A DNA stretch of 64,000 nt from Candidatus Hodarchaeota archaeon (GCA_048886745.1 JBHLKK010000001.1:33925-97924); one strand, 5' to 3'; counted from the stretch's first letter, positions 46,960-58,342 are shown. Notes: generated from the sequence alone by a model not told the origin. Made by a program: numbers and translations.

Positions 46960-47859
46960 TTATTCGAATTCCAAGGCCTTGACCATTACCTTTCCATTTT
47001 CTTCTCTGATCTCTACTAATCCTTTATCTTCAAAAGGTTTGACCCAACGCTCCAAAACATAAACGGTAGGATGACCAACTATCAGCCGTTTCAATTCAGT
47101 CCATCCAGTCTGATCAGTTAGTTTGAAGAACCAGCCATATCGTGTATCATCAGTAACAACGTTTGTCAATCGAGCCCAGCGTTCATCCGTGATGCGTATT
47201 TCTTTCTCCATTTTCATGGCTCTCTCAGAGAGTTCATGGATATTAGCTTCCTGAACCTCTATCTGATTCCTTTGGCTTTCAACAATACTTGTAAGTTTAC
47301 TAATGTCCTCTGGCAGCTTTTCTCTCATTTCTTCAAGCGCATTTTCCTTAGCACGGAGTTCCGATGCTAGCTCCTCTACTCTCGACTTTAAAGCTTCTAC
47401 TTCGATCTTGTGTTCCTCAATTGTTTGATTAAGTTTCATTGTCTCTTCTTCTTTTTCAGTTAGTTTGTTTTTCAAGATGGAAACTTCAGGAGAAGCTTCA
47501 ATTCTGTTGATAAGATTCACTGCGTGATCTGAAATCTCTTCAGCGGATTGATTAATACCGCCTATTACATTCGATAGAATGCTCTTCACATTATTCCAGA
47601 TTCTTTCTTCGCAATCTACAATAGTCGATATTATTTCCTCATCGACTATTCGTTCCACTATTTTGGCAAAGATGTCTATCCCGCCGAATTCCTTAAGTCG
47701 AACGGGTATTCTGGTCTTGCAGCTATCTAATTCTTCACTATAGTGCTGTAATCCAAAATCCAGTTCAGATAAGAGGGTTTCCTGCAGTCTTCTTACACCG
47801 TTTCTTAATTGCTCAACCAATTCAGGCAGCTGATCGTAGGACAAAAACAATTCCTCCAT
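46960..47859 (-). CDS. Hypothetical coiled-coil protein with small C-terminal winged-helix-like domain
   Basis: 299 aa. The central ~110 aa are heptad-rich (KLNQTIEEHKIEVEALKSRVEELASELRAKENALEEMREKL). The C-terminus is GWTELKRLIVGHPTVYVLERWVKPFEDKGLVEI. Confidence 0.6.
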   Translation of the reverse strand: MEELFLSYDQLPELVEQLRNGVRRLQETLLSELDFGLQHYSEELDSCKTRIPVRLKEFGGIDIFAKIVERIVDEEIISTIVDCEERIWNNVKSILSNVIGGINQSAEEISDHAVNLINRIEASPEVSILKNKLTEKEEETMKLNQTIEEHKIEVEALKSRVEELASELRAKENALEEMREKLPEDISKLTSIVESQRNQIEVQEANIHELSERAMKMEKEIRITDERWARLTNVVTDDTRYGWFFKLTDQTGWTELKRLIVGHPTVYVLERWVKPFEDKGLVEIREENGKVMVKALEFE

Positions 47860-48074
47860 TCTAGTTGATTATTCGAAGCTTATTTGTCAATGAATTCTTG
47901 AATACTATTGTTTGTTTCTCATTCTTTTACAATATTGGTTGTGTTTATCTCCAAATATAAACATATTTATTGTATAACTCACAACACAAACCAGCTAAGA
48001 AGACAGAATAATAAGTGCTTTTGAATTTCGGGAACGCTGGCAACAGCGCCATTCATTTCCACAAAAATCCTTGA

Positions 48075-48347
48075 TCATCCTATTCTTTTTAACCATTTAA
48101 CTCTACTGACTTCGTAATCGACCAAAGCATAGCGAGGTTCACTCCTATACCCTTCAAGTTCCACCTCGTGCCCGACTTTCGGGATGAAGCCCAATTTCCT
48201 GAATATTTTATCGGGTATGAGAACAGAGTATAATCTTTCATCTTCATCTTTTATGGTAAGAATCAAAAATGCAAAAACTTTACGTTGGGTAATCCTCTTT
48301 GTTTTAGACGAGCTTATGCTTTGGATTACACCCCGGATTATGACCAT
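48075..48347 (-). CDS. Hypothetical small protein (OB-fold-like?)
   Basis: 90 aa with a beta-rich composition. Same strand as, and 215 nt upstream of, the coiled-coil gene. Confidence 0.4.
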   Translation of the reverse strand: MVIIRGVIQSISSSKTKRITQRKVFAFLILTIKDEDERLYSVLIPDKIFRKLGFIPKVGHEVELEGYRSEPRYALVDYEVSRVKWLKRIG

Positions 48348-48413
48348 CCGGCCCTTCCTCCATTATTCGCGTTTGGATGGCGTAGTATTACCTCATACAT
48401 ACTTTTATAAAAT

Positions 48414-48830
48414 ATGGTCGGCACTTCTAAATATGGAGATGAAGCCTTGAGCAAGAAGATAGAAGATAAATTTTTCTCGCTAATAAATAAGCTCGATGAG
48501 GTCGCTAAGAGCATAGATGAAGTTACAAAGACCATAAAGGAGGACTTAACCTCCGCTTTTGAGAACCATACTGAAGAATTAAGGGATATGATCAATAGAT
48601 TTGCTGAAGCAATAGGGGTGGAAGCACAGAAATTCGATGACCAAACCAACTTTCTGATTAGGAATTTTAACGTTGGCATTGATAGCATTAAGAACACTTT
48701 TGATATTAAGAGACTGGATCGGGCCATAAATAAGATCGATGATCTAAGCCAGAACATCTTGAGTGGTATTGATCTGGACAAAATGAGAGAGGGGCTCAAG
48801 CTTCTCGCCAAAAAAGTTAAGACCGGCTAA
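48414..48830 (+). CDS. Hypothetical helical/coiled-coil protein
   Basis: 138 aa, all-helical composition, ATG start. Confidence 0.55.
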   Translation: MVGTSKYGDEALSKKIEDKFFSLINKLDEVAKSIDEVTKTIKEDLTSAFENHTEELRDMINRFAEAIGVEAQKFDDQTNFLIRNFNVGIDSIKNTFDIKRLDRAINKIDDLSQNILSGIDLDKMREGLKLLAKKVKTG

Positions 48831-48851
48831 GAAATACGCGAGGCTCCTGCA

Positions 48852-49259
48852 ATGAGCGAAGATGTTCCAGGAGAAGTTTTGAGATTTGTGACTAGGGCAT
48901 TAGACGATATCTATTCAAGGACAGATAACATCATAAAGTCCATGAATGAACTCAACAAAACGCTGAAGAGTCTAAAGGAAGGACTTGACAAGAATACCAA
49001 GTCAATGGTCGAGCAGATAGAGAAATTGGGGAAACAGAACAAAGATCTGAGGGTAAGTATGATAAGCAAGGTCTCAGAACTGGAGAACAAAGCTCATTCA
49101 GACCTGCAACTGATTCTTTCTGAAGTCAAGAACAGAAACCCCAAAGAGATGGTTGAAACCCTTGATAGGTTGCTCAAGAAAACCAGGAGTGCAGCCTGGC
49201 TTGTTCAGCTGACATCTCTTAGCAGAGAGCTTACAAAAGTTCTGGAGAGTCTCGCATAG
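48852..49259 (+). CDS. Hypothetical helical/coiled-coil protein
   Basis: 135 aa. It starts 21 nt after the previous gene and has a similar composition and length. Confidence 0.55.
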   Translation: MSEDVPGEVLRFVTRALDDIYSRTDNIIKSMNELNKTLKSLKEGLDKNTKSMVEQIEKLGKQNKDLRVSMISKVSELENKAHSDLQLILSEVKNRNPKEMVETLDRLLKKTRSAAWLVQLTSLSRELTKVLESLA

Positions 49260-49281
49260 AAAGTTGCAGTCCCGACTTTCA

Positions 49282-49848
49282 TCACTCTTCGTCACGGATG
49301 CCTTCCCATATAGACTTAGGCTTTACTTTCTTTTTAATATAGGAAGGAACACGCTCACCAACTACCACATCTGGTCCTTCTTCCTCATCAGATCTCGTTT
49401 CACTAGGCGAAGGGGGTGCATCAGGAGCTGATTCCCCTTCCTTGAAAGAGGCTTTCGGTTCCTCAAACAAGGGCTTTGAAGCAGGCATAGGAACAGGTTC
49501 TACATCTTTCTTCAATGCTGGTCTTGCAGCAGGGGTCGTAGGTACTATTTCCTTTCTCACCGGTGCTAATGGTCGGGATCTTTGTGCCATTCCTTTTACA
49601 TCATTCAAAAGATTGGAGATATGTAGAACTGGAACCAATAAGCTGATTTCGTCAATAAGATCCTTAGTCTTTTCTAATCCACTGAATTGGTTTTCTAGAT
49701 TCTCTAATCTCGACAGAATTCGTTTCTCGAAATCACTCATTCTCGAAGTAAGCAGGCTTGTTGAGTCATCCAATTTCTTTAAAACCGAGGATAATCCCTT
49801 AACAAGATCCACGATTGCTTTCTCTAAGTCCTTGGTGTCTTTACTCAT
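49282..49848 (-). CDS. Hypothetical protein: N-terminal helical domain + Pro-rich disordered region + charged C-terminus
   Basis: 188 aa. The N-terminal 95 aa resemble the two neighbouring helical proteins in composition. The middle reads PLAPVRKEIVPTTPAARPALKKDVEPVPMPASKP. Confidence 0.55.
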   Translation of the reverse strand: MSKDTKDLEKAIVDLVKGLSSVLKKLDDSTSLLTSRMSDFEKRILSRLENLENQFSGLEKTKDLIDEISLLVPVLHISNLLNDVKGMAQRSRPLAPVRKEIVPTTPAARPALKKDVEPVPMPASKPLFEEPKASFKEGESAPDAPPSPSETRSDEEEGPDVVVGERVPSYIKKKVKPKSIWEGIRDEE

Positions 49849-49957
49849 TGGCTGTCCTCCGCAAACTTACCAATTAATAATATATAGGCTTATTCTAAAA
49901 ATGTATCTGTTCCTAATCCCATTTTTGAGGAATGTTATGCGAGGTGTATTATGAGCC

Positions 49958-51226
49958 TTGGAGTTCACGATAAATAACGGAGAAGTATTTCAGATTTATG
50001 GACCAGCAAAACTTAGGCTTCTTGAAGGAATTGTCCATGTTCTTGGTGCCGCTCTTCTGGTGGGACAATCAACGGTCGTTGCCGAGGGAAAATCAGTCTC
50101 GGTTGAGGCGAAATCATCGTCAAAATTGTATATCGATACGAGTCAAGGTGGAAAAGTAGATAGGATCGGGAGTGCGTTTCCCGAGGATCGCAGAAGAATC
50201 CTCCAGTCAGTTCTAGGCGCAGAAAAACCAACAAAAGTAATGATCATCGGGGATGTGGATTCGGGGAAAAGCACCCTTGTTACATACTTAGCCAACGCGA
50301 TATTTGCTGCAGGACCAAAAGTCGCTATCATTGATCTCGATGTTGGGCAATCAAACATAGGTCCCCCTACAACCATCGGAATGGGAATACTTGAAAAGCC
50401 TGTTTTGAGTATGGATGAGATCGAAGCAAAAGAGATCTACTTTGTTGGCTCGACTTCTCCTCAGAAGCATCTTTTGAGGGCACTGGTCGGATTTGTAAAA
50501 CTCCTGAGCAAAGCAATTGAAGAAGCAGATGTCATATTGATTGATACAACAGGATGGGTCCTTGGGGGAGCTGCTCGGGCATATAAAACTGCAAAAATAG
50601 ATTTGATACAACCCGATATAATAATCGCGTTAGAACGTGAAGATGAAATTGAACACATAATAAGACCCTACGAATACACCAAGACGAAAATTATCAGAGC
50701 AGAAGTGTCTGACAGGATTAGACCTAGGAACGCAAATGTTAGAAGGTCATTGAGAATGAGACTTTTCAGGAGATACTTTGCTAATTCAAAAATCCGTACC
50801 ATTCCTATCAACAGCTTTGGAAAAACATATTCACTTTTTGGCACAGGTGAGCCTGCGGACGAGAATTTGGTTGAGAAGCTGAGAAGAATGTTGAGAATAA
50901 AAATTCTGTACTGTGAGAAATCCAAAAATGGTATATTTATTGTAAAGGAAAGAGATGAAAGATACGACAAAACCAGCTTGCCGGTATTGAAAGAGCTGTT
51001 GGGTGTTTGTGAAATTCGAATAATAAGCCAGGGAAGTGAGAGTGGGATTATCGTAGGTTTATTGGACCGCAATGGCTCATTAAAGGGACTTGGCATTATT
51101 CAGAAGATAGTTTATGAAACTGGCAAGTGTGAACTAATGACACCGGTTGAGGGAGAGATATCACAGATGCAATTCGGTTCCCTAAGAATCGACTCAAAAG
51201 ATGAAGAGTTAATAGAGAAATTATAA
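49958..51226 (+). CDS. Clp1/Grc3-family polynucleotide 5'-kinase-like P-loop protein
   Basis: MIIGDVDSGKSTLVTYLAN (P-loop GxxDxGKST), then IIDLDVGQSNIGPPTTIG and ILIDTTGW, as in archaeal/eukaryal Clp1. TTG start. Confidence 0.75.
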   Translation: MEFTINNGEVFQIYGPAKLRLLEGIVHVLGAALLVGQSTVVAEGKSVSVEAKSSSKLYIDTSQGGKVDRIGSAFPEDRRRILQSVLGAEKPTKVMIIGDVDSGKSTLVTYLANAIFAAGPKVAIIDLDVGQSNIGPPTTIGMGILEKPVLSMDEIEAKEIYFVGSTSPQKHLLRALVGFVKLLSKAIEEADVILIDTTGWVLGGAARAYKTAKIDLIQPDIIIALEREDEIEHIIRPYEYTKTKIIRAEVSDRIRPRNANVRRSLRMRLFRRYFANSKIRTIPINSFGKTYSLFGTGEPADENLVEKLRRMLRIKILYCEKSKNGIFIVKERDERYDKTSLPVLKELLGVCEIRIISQGSESGIIVGLLDRNGSLKGLGIIQKIVYETGKCELMTPVEGEISQMQFGSLRIDSKDEELIEKL

Positions 51227-51318
51227 TATTGCTGATTTTCCTGAAACAAAAGAATAATAAAAATAGGAATAGGTGTGGGTATCCCAGCACACGCCTGCAT
51301 CGAAAGCCTATCTGTAAG

Positions 51319-52818
<1,500 letters not shown>

Positions 52819-52844
52819 CTATTTTTACCTCCAAGTTACATATT

Positions 52845-54974
52845 TTATGGGACTAGTACTAGGAAATATAATACAAGGATTGAAACTATGGCAATCATGC
52901 CAAGCAATACACCAAGCATGTTATAGGACAAGACGCCTGTCTGTAGTCTTCTAAATCTCTTTCCAAACGCTGAGAAAGTTTTAGCAATTCCTCTGTTAAA
53001 GCCTTCTAAACCCTTCATCTCAGGATATTTATAAAACCAATTTGAAATGCGTTTGGCTGCTTCTGCAATTGCATAATTAAGCCTATCAATACCTTTTGTT
53101 TCAGCATACTTGTATAGACCACTCCCTGCTCTAACTGCTCCTCGAACGAAGACTCGATAATAAGCTTCATTGATGTACCATCTATTACGTAGGAATTTAT
53201 AGATTGGCTTTATTGTGGGCGTTGGGGTTTTCCCGTCCCGTCTGATATATAGCATAAACGCTGGAATGAAGCCTATAGCAAGCATTAGAAGGCTTGTTCC
53301 CAGTGCAATTTGCACAGTCGGATCTAGAATCGGAACAGTATGCACTACAGGGCCATGACCTAGAATTGCTTCGAAATAAGTATGCAAAGCTCCCTCAAAA
53401 CCTGAGAATCCTAAGAAATCGGGTATTGATAAGACACCTATCAAGACTGTAAACCCGGCAAGTACTAACAGAGGAACTAGCATATTTAGTGGAGCTTCGT
53501 GAACATGTTTACCCTCAGCCTCTCTTTTCTTCAGAAAATCGCTCTTTGGACCAAAGAATGTTATTCCGAGCATACGTAGACTATAAAAGGCTGTTATGGC
53601 TGCAGTAACCGCTGCCACAACAAAGAGCAAAACCTGTTCGGTCTGCAATGCGGCAACAAGGATGGCTTCCTTGCTCCAACCACCAGCAAACAGGAAGGGC
53701 ACACCACTAAGTGATAAAACGCCTACGAGCATGGTTCGGTAGGTCCAGGGCATTTCCTTACTGATTCCTCCCATCTCGAACATGTCTTTCGTTTCGGTAG
53801 CATGTAGCACAGCTCCGGCTGCCAAGAATAGGAGAGCTTTGAAGATTGCGTGAGCAGCTAGGTGGAATACTCCTGCTGTAAATCCTGCACCGAATTCTAT
53901 TGCCATTCCGCCTATACCTAACGCGCAAAACATGTATCCGAGTTGGCTTATGGTAGAAAAGGCCAAGACTTTCTTGATTTCTTTGGCCACCATACCCATG
54001 GTAGCAGCCATAAACGCAGTAAATATTCCAATCCAAGCAACAACCTGGAAGAAGGTATAGAGTTCTGGATAACCATGAGTGAATGCCTCATGGAATATAG
54101 GCAGGCTCCTGGCAACTAGGTAGACACCAGCCTTAACCATGGCGGCAGCGTGAATTAACGCACTGACTGTTGTAGGACCGGCCATAGCTTCTGGGAGCCA
54201 GACTTGCAGAGGAAACTGAGCAGATTTCCCTATGGGACCTCCAAGCAGAAGCAAAGGCACTACCAGGGAAATACCCATAGTTGAAAGAATACCCATCCAA
54301 GCAAAATCGCTTTGAAGTTCAAGGTAGTTGAAAGTTCCTGCAGTCATAAAGATAATCAGGATTGCGATCAAAAGAGTGATATCGCCAGCCCTAGTTACTA
54401 TGAATGCCTTCAATCCAGCGTGCGCGTTATAGTCACCCTCTGATGCATATCCGGGAACAGGGCTTGGTGTGGTTTTTTTGTGCCAAAAACCGATCAACGC
54501 ATAGCTGCATAGCCCCACGCCCTCCCAGCCTATAAACATCAAGAGGAAGTTATCGGCCATCACGAGTAGAACCATAGAGCCAATAAAGAACTGCATGAAG
54601 AACCAATATCTAGTCTTATCTGGATCTCCATGCATATATCCTATTGAATAAAGGAGGATAAGAAAACCAATATCAGCTGCTACATTTGCGAGCAGGACAC
54701 TCAGCGGATCGATAAGGACACCCACATTAAGTCCTATCGTGGGCATCCACGGCACTATCCAGTCATAGGGTATCTCATGAGAACTCCCATCAGGCAAAAC
54801 AACTTGGTCGGCCAGAATGTCTGGTATCATGGAGACTGCCATGATCATGGCCAAAGCTCCAAAAACGACTGCTGCATAATCCCTAACTTTTGGACTGATT
54901 TTGGCAAATATCGGTGTAAGGACCGAGCCAATCAGAGGAATCGCCCAGCAGAGCCACGCAGCATAGGGTATCAA
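52845..54974 (-). CDS. nuoL: Complex I subunit L / MrpA-type antiporter-like protein
   Basis: FIGWEGVGLCSYALIGFWHKK and QVWLPEAMAGPTTVSALIHAAAMVKAGVY, plus a long C-terminal extension consistent with the NuoL lateral helix. Confidence 0.85.
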   Translation of the reverse strand: MIPYAAWLCWAIPLIGSVLTPIFAKISPKVRDYAAVVFGALAMIMAVSMIPDILADQVVLPDGSSHEIPYDWIVPWMPTIGLNVGVLIDPLSVLLANVAADIGFLILLYSIGYMHGDPDKTRYWFFMQFFIGSMVLLVMADNFLLMFIGWEGVGLCSYALIGFWHKKTTPSPVPGYASEGDYNAHAGLKAFIVTRAGDITLLIAILIIFMTAGTFNYLELQSDFAWMGILSTMGISLVVPLLLLGGPIGKSAQFPLQVWLPEAMAGPTTVSALIHAAAMVKAGVYLVARSLPIFHEAFTHGYPELYTFFQVVAWIGIFTAFMAATMGMVAKEIKKVLAFSTISQLGYMFCALGIGGMAIEFGAGFTAGVFHLAAHAIFKALLFLAAGAVLHATETKDMFEMGGISKEMPWTYRTMLVGVLSLSGVPFLFAGGWSKEAILVAALQTEQVLLFVVAAVTAAITAFYSLRMLGITFFGPKSDFLKKREAEGKHVHEAPLNMLVPLLVLAGFTVLIGVLSIPDFLGFSGFEGALHTYFEAILGHGPVVHTVPILDPTVQIALGTSLLMLAIGFIPAFMLYIRRDGKTPTPTIKPIYKFLRNRWYINEAYYRVFVRGAVRAGSGLYKYAETKGIDRLNYAIAEAAKRISNWFYKYPEMKGLEGFNRGIAKTFSAFGKRFRRLQTGVLSYNMLGVLLGMIAIVSILVLYFLVLVP

Positions 54975-55259
54975 GTTGTTTCTTACCTCCTTTTATTGAC
55001 ATGGAAGCGGGTGTTTATTGCTTACAAGTAGTTTAAAAGATTTTCTACTGACATTGGCTTGCCTAGAGGATAGACTTCGACCTTCCATTGCAGAAGATTG
55101 CACGATTCTGCTTCAAGGAATGGTCAGAGGAAATGGTAAGTGAGGAGGGGGTCGACTGAGGATAGAATTAAGCCTTGGGGAGTTATTTTCATCTCGTATT
55201 TAGTTGGAGATTCCATCCTTCAGGATAGGGAGGAAGGCCAACTTCCTAACATCGCCGAC

Positions 55260-55952
55260 CTATACTATTGGAATGTACGTAAAGTATACAAGCACAAAGA
55301 TCATTGAATTCAGGAAACCGTGGGAGATTGTTGATGCTATTACATTATGTCCGGATTTGAGATAAACAATTCCAATTACAAGTCCCTCAAGTATCGTGGG
55401 AAATATCCTGAAAAATTCAATATGGAGTATTCCAAATAGAATTGAAGCCAGTATCAAACCCGAATTCTCACCAAGAGAGTTTTCCAGTCCTTTTTGAACA
55501 AATCCTCTAGAGAAGATCTCTTCGCACGGCGCTATAACGAAAAACGATAGTAAAATCCAAGTAGTAAGAGAGGCAATATCACGGGGCGCTAGTAGATCAA
55601 GGTATTGCAGATACGATTCTGGAGGGGCTCCCAGGATTAGGATCTGAATTCCAACGCCTGCAAAACCTAATCCAATGGCTGCGATGGCGGAAACCAACGC
55701 CAGAATTATCCATTTATAGGATATTCTTTTCACTCCAAGGTTACTGTAAGATGCGCCAAAAAATCTTGTAGCAGCTACGATCGTTACAAGCAGAATCGTG
55801 AATTCGGTTACGATTACGCCCAGCCAGATACTGTGTGAATGAACAAAACTAAAAGAGACAATTATTATCAAAACCACAGCCCATACAAGGAGAGCATGTT
55901 CTATTCTCCATATGCTGATTTCTTTCGATTCTGGAAGTTCTGCCATCATCAT
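55260..55952 (-). CDS. CPBP-family (CAAX protease-like) intramembrane glutamic protease
   Basis: Motifs CEEIFSRGF (EExxxR), LFGILH (FxxxH) and ISHGFLNS (HxxxN). The ORF-track start at 56000 is TTG, so I prefer ATG 55952 (MMMAELPE). Confidence 0.75.
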   Translation of the reverse strand: MMMAELPESKEISIWRIEHALLVWAVVLIIIVSFSFVHSHSIWLGVIVTEFTILLVTIVAATRFFGASYSNLGVKRISYKWIILALVSAIAAIGLGFAGVGIQILILGAPPESYLQYLDLLAPRDIASLTTWILLSFFVIAPCEEIFSRGFVQKGLENSLGENSGLILASILFGILHIEFFRIFPTILEGLVIGIVYLKSGHNVIASTISHGFLNSMIFVLVYFTYIPIV

Positions 55953-56066
55953 ATGCCCCTTTCGTTGAAATGACCAGATGTATAAATGTATTATAATCAA
56001 AAAGTTAGAAAAATAGTTTTCGACCTATTCTCCCTTTTTTCATTCACTCGATAGGAGCGATTAGCT

Positions 56067-57794
56067 TCAGGGATGAGCAAAATATACCGTTATCATCGGC
56101 TTCAAACGATCTACCTTTACAAAGCCGTATCTCTCAAATTGAACAACAGCACCTTCAGATAAATCGACGCACTCGGGTTCTCCAAGACCTTTTGAAATCT
56201 CACCGTTTTCCATGATAACCTCTATTGGAACGCTATCATCGGAAGGAACCCAGTGTATTATTCTTTTCACATCCGATTTCCTTGCATCATCTATGGTTCC
56301 ACTATGATAGGAACCTATGATTTGCCTCCTATCAATAGAGCGCATTTCGATATTAGCCAGATCCTTCAATCGAATTGTATCTCCAATACCGATTCTTTTG
56401 ACATCGTCTTCAGAAATGTATACTGAAAAACGACCATTTTTCAGTGGCACGTCAATGCGTCGTCGTCCCCTATCTGGATAATCCGGATGTCTGGGAGGGT
56501 TGGCAATCATCATGTTATCACCAGGCGCTCCTTCTACTTTCAACTCTCTCGGAGCATCAACAAAGAACAATCGGTTTACAGCTGGATCGATCATCTTTCG
56601 ATTGATAGCATATAATAGACTTGGACTGTAATCAATGTCGGTCAGACTCAGACCAAGGTCCAAGATCGCTTGCTTAATGGCTTCTGATTCGAATCCACGC
56701 TTCTGAAGTGACTGAAGACTCCAAGTTCGAGGATCAGTCCAGCCATAGTATATTCCTTCATCAATTAAGCGGCGGGAACGAGATTTACTTAGGGAAAGAT
56801 CGGTAAATCTGATTGTCCCGTAATGGATGAATTCGCGACTTTCGAATCCCAAGAGATCCCAGATCATTTGTTCTATTCTATCTTCCTTGATTAAATCCTT
56901 TCCTCTCAGAATATGAGTTACGCCCAAAAGCATATCGTCAATTGCCCAAGAGAATTCCAATAAAGGCCAGACTCGGTATTTTGACCCCACCCTTGGATGA
57001 ATTCTATCTGAGATCCTCATAATCACATGGTCTCTAAGTGCAGGATCATCTGCATCCATGCCTGTCTTAAGTCTGACAGCGGCTTCTCCTGCATCGTATT
57101 CACCATCAATCATTTTTTCCCAACGGTCAAGATTTTCTTGCATATCTAAACTTCTGCAGGGACATGGCTGTTGGGTCAGTTTAAATTGCTCTCGCCACCT
57201 AGTTGGTTCACAAATACACACATAGGCCAGTTCTTTTTCTAGGAGTTTTTTGCACCATTCATAGAAGAACGGAAGTCGGTCTGACTTGTATAATGTTTTA
57301 TGGTACTTAATTCCCAGCCAATCTAACCCTTCCAGGATGAGATCATAGGCTTCGGGAAGGATGATCTTCTCTTCGCTACCAATGGTATCGTCAAATACCA
57401 AAAGCAGATTTCCATTGTAGCGTTTTACGTACTCGTCATTTAAGACAACCATCCTCGCATTTCCGATATGGAGTGGTCCAGACGGATATGGTGCCAATCG
57501 CATTATGACGCTGTCATATCTGTCAACATTAGGTAGCGATGGTAGAATCCTCTCTTTGGTCTCTTTCTCTTTTTCCAGTCCAACGTATTGAGATGCCAAC
57601 TTCTCTTGTTCTTTCAGTGGCATATTGTTTATTTCGTCAATAGTCTTCTTGAGAATGATAGAAATCTCTTCTGTCTTCGATTTGAGTTCTGGTTGCTCTG
57701 AAATGATTTTGCCCATGACTGCTTTGAAACTAGCTTTCCCACCATATTTGACTGCATTAAGCAGGGTATACTTGCGTGCGATTTCTTCCAACAT
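56067..57794 (-). CDS. gltX: Glutamyl-tRNA synthetase, archaeal/eukaryal type
   Basis: VIMRLAPYPSGPLHIGNARM (HIGH region), class I GlxRS layout, LSLSKSRS region. I prefer ATG 57794 (MLEEIARKYTLLNAVKYGGKA) over 57842. Confidence 0.9.
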   Translation of the reverse strand: MLEEIARKYTLLNAVKYGGKASFKAVMGKIISEQPELKSKTEEISIILKKTIDEINNMPLKEQEKLASQYVGLEKEKETKERILPSLPNVDRYDSVIMRLAPYPSGPLHIGNARMVVLNDEYVKRYNGNLLLVFDDTIGSEEKIILPEAYDLILEGLDWLGIKYHKTLYKSDRLPFFYEWCKKLLEKELAYVCICEPTRWREQFKLTQQPCPCRSLDMQENLDRWEKMIDGEYDAGEAAVRLKTGMDADDPALRDHVIMRISDRIHPRVGSKYRVWPLLEFSWAIDDMLLGVTHILRGKDLIKEDRIEQMIWDLLGFESREFIHYGTIRFTDLSLSKSRSRRLIDEGIYYGWTDPRTWSLQSLQKRGFESEAIKQAILDLGLSLTDIDYSPSLLYAINRKMIDPAVNRLFFVDAPRELKVEGAPGDNMMIANPPRHPDYPDRGRRRIDVPLKNGRFSVYISEDDVKRIGIGDTIRLKDLANIEMRSIDRRQIIGSYHSGTIDDARKSDVKRIIHWVPSDDSVPIEVIMENGEISKGLGEPECVDLSEGAVVQFERYGFVKVDRLKPMITVYFAHP

Positions 57795-57929
57795 CAATGA
57801 GACCTTCCCGCTAGTAAGTAAGCATCTGTTGAGGGAAAACATTCTCCTTTTTATCGGTTATCCTTAATTAAATTAAACCCTAGATTCAATTAAAATCAAA
57901 AGAAGGATATGAAAAGGGAGGTCATATTA

Positions 57930-58240
57930 AAAACCCCCCTTTCCTCCTCACCGTCCCTGTAGTAATCCAAAGGATAACTACCTAAATTTCGCCCTTTCCG
58001 CCTTATGTTTGATAGGGTTAACCATTGTGAACTACCCCAAGCTTTGGCAAGGGGCTTCCTCCCTCGCAATCTGAATCTCTAATAGGTCTCCTCTCGGAGC
58101 TGCGAACACTGGGGAGGTTTGGGGCTGGTTCACTTCCCTTATTATTTCAGTCACAGACTGCGGGACAGCCCTGCTCTTGAGCATATAGCCTAAGAGCCTG
58201 TTACCTATATTCAAGGTCAAAGACCTCAACCTTAATAATC
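57930..58240 (-). ncRNA. Candidate structured non-coding RNA (identity unknown) in a GC-rich intergenic region
   Basis: The gap between gltX and the GTPase gene is about 500 nt. Hand-counted GC is 50-57% for 58021-58200. Hairpins lie at 57959-57981, 58047-58067, 58160-58174, 58173-58197 and 58210-58229. Two of them are fully paired only on the minus strand, through G-U pairs. Confidence 0.25.
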
Positions 58241-58342
58241 CAAGGAAATATTTAAACGTAGCGAAATTCATCCCCTTGCTTATGCATGGTGTCTTCTTAG
58301 GAAGAATGAAAAAGAGCATTTAGTAGAAGGAGTTATCAAAAC

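Noticed and set aside
48338-48811. 157-aa minus-strand ORF opposite gene 48414..48830
   Set aside because: It is an extremely Ser/Leu-rich low-complexity translation. This is what the antisense of a Glu/Lys/Asp-rich coiled-coil gene produces.
57951-57985. Resemblance of CCCUGUAGUAAUCC to the SRP/Alu-domain UGUAAU/CCUGUAG motif
   Set aside because: There is no preceding helix-3-type hairpin on the plus strand. No GNAR-tetraloop helix-8 motif (GGAA...AGCA) lies in the right orientation. I therefore report the region only as an unidentified structured-RNA candidate.
58032-58319. 95-aa minus-strand ORF in the gltX-GTPase spacer
   Set aside because: It has no RBS or start context, its composition is heterogeneous, and it lies in a hairpin-dense GC-rich stretch. 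It is more likely non-coding, though this is not excluded.
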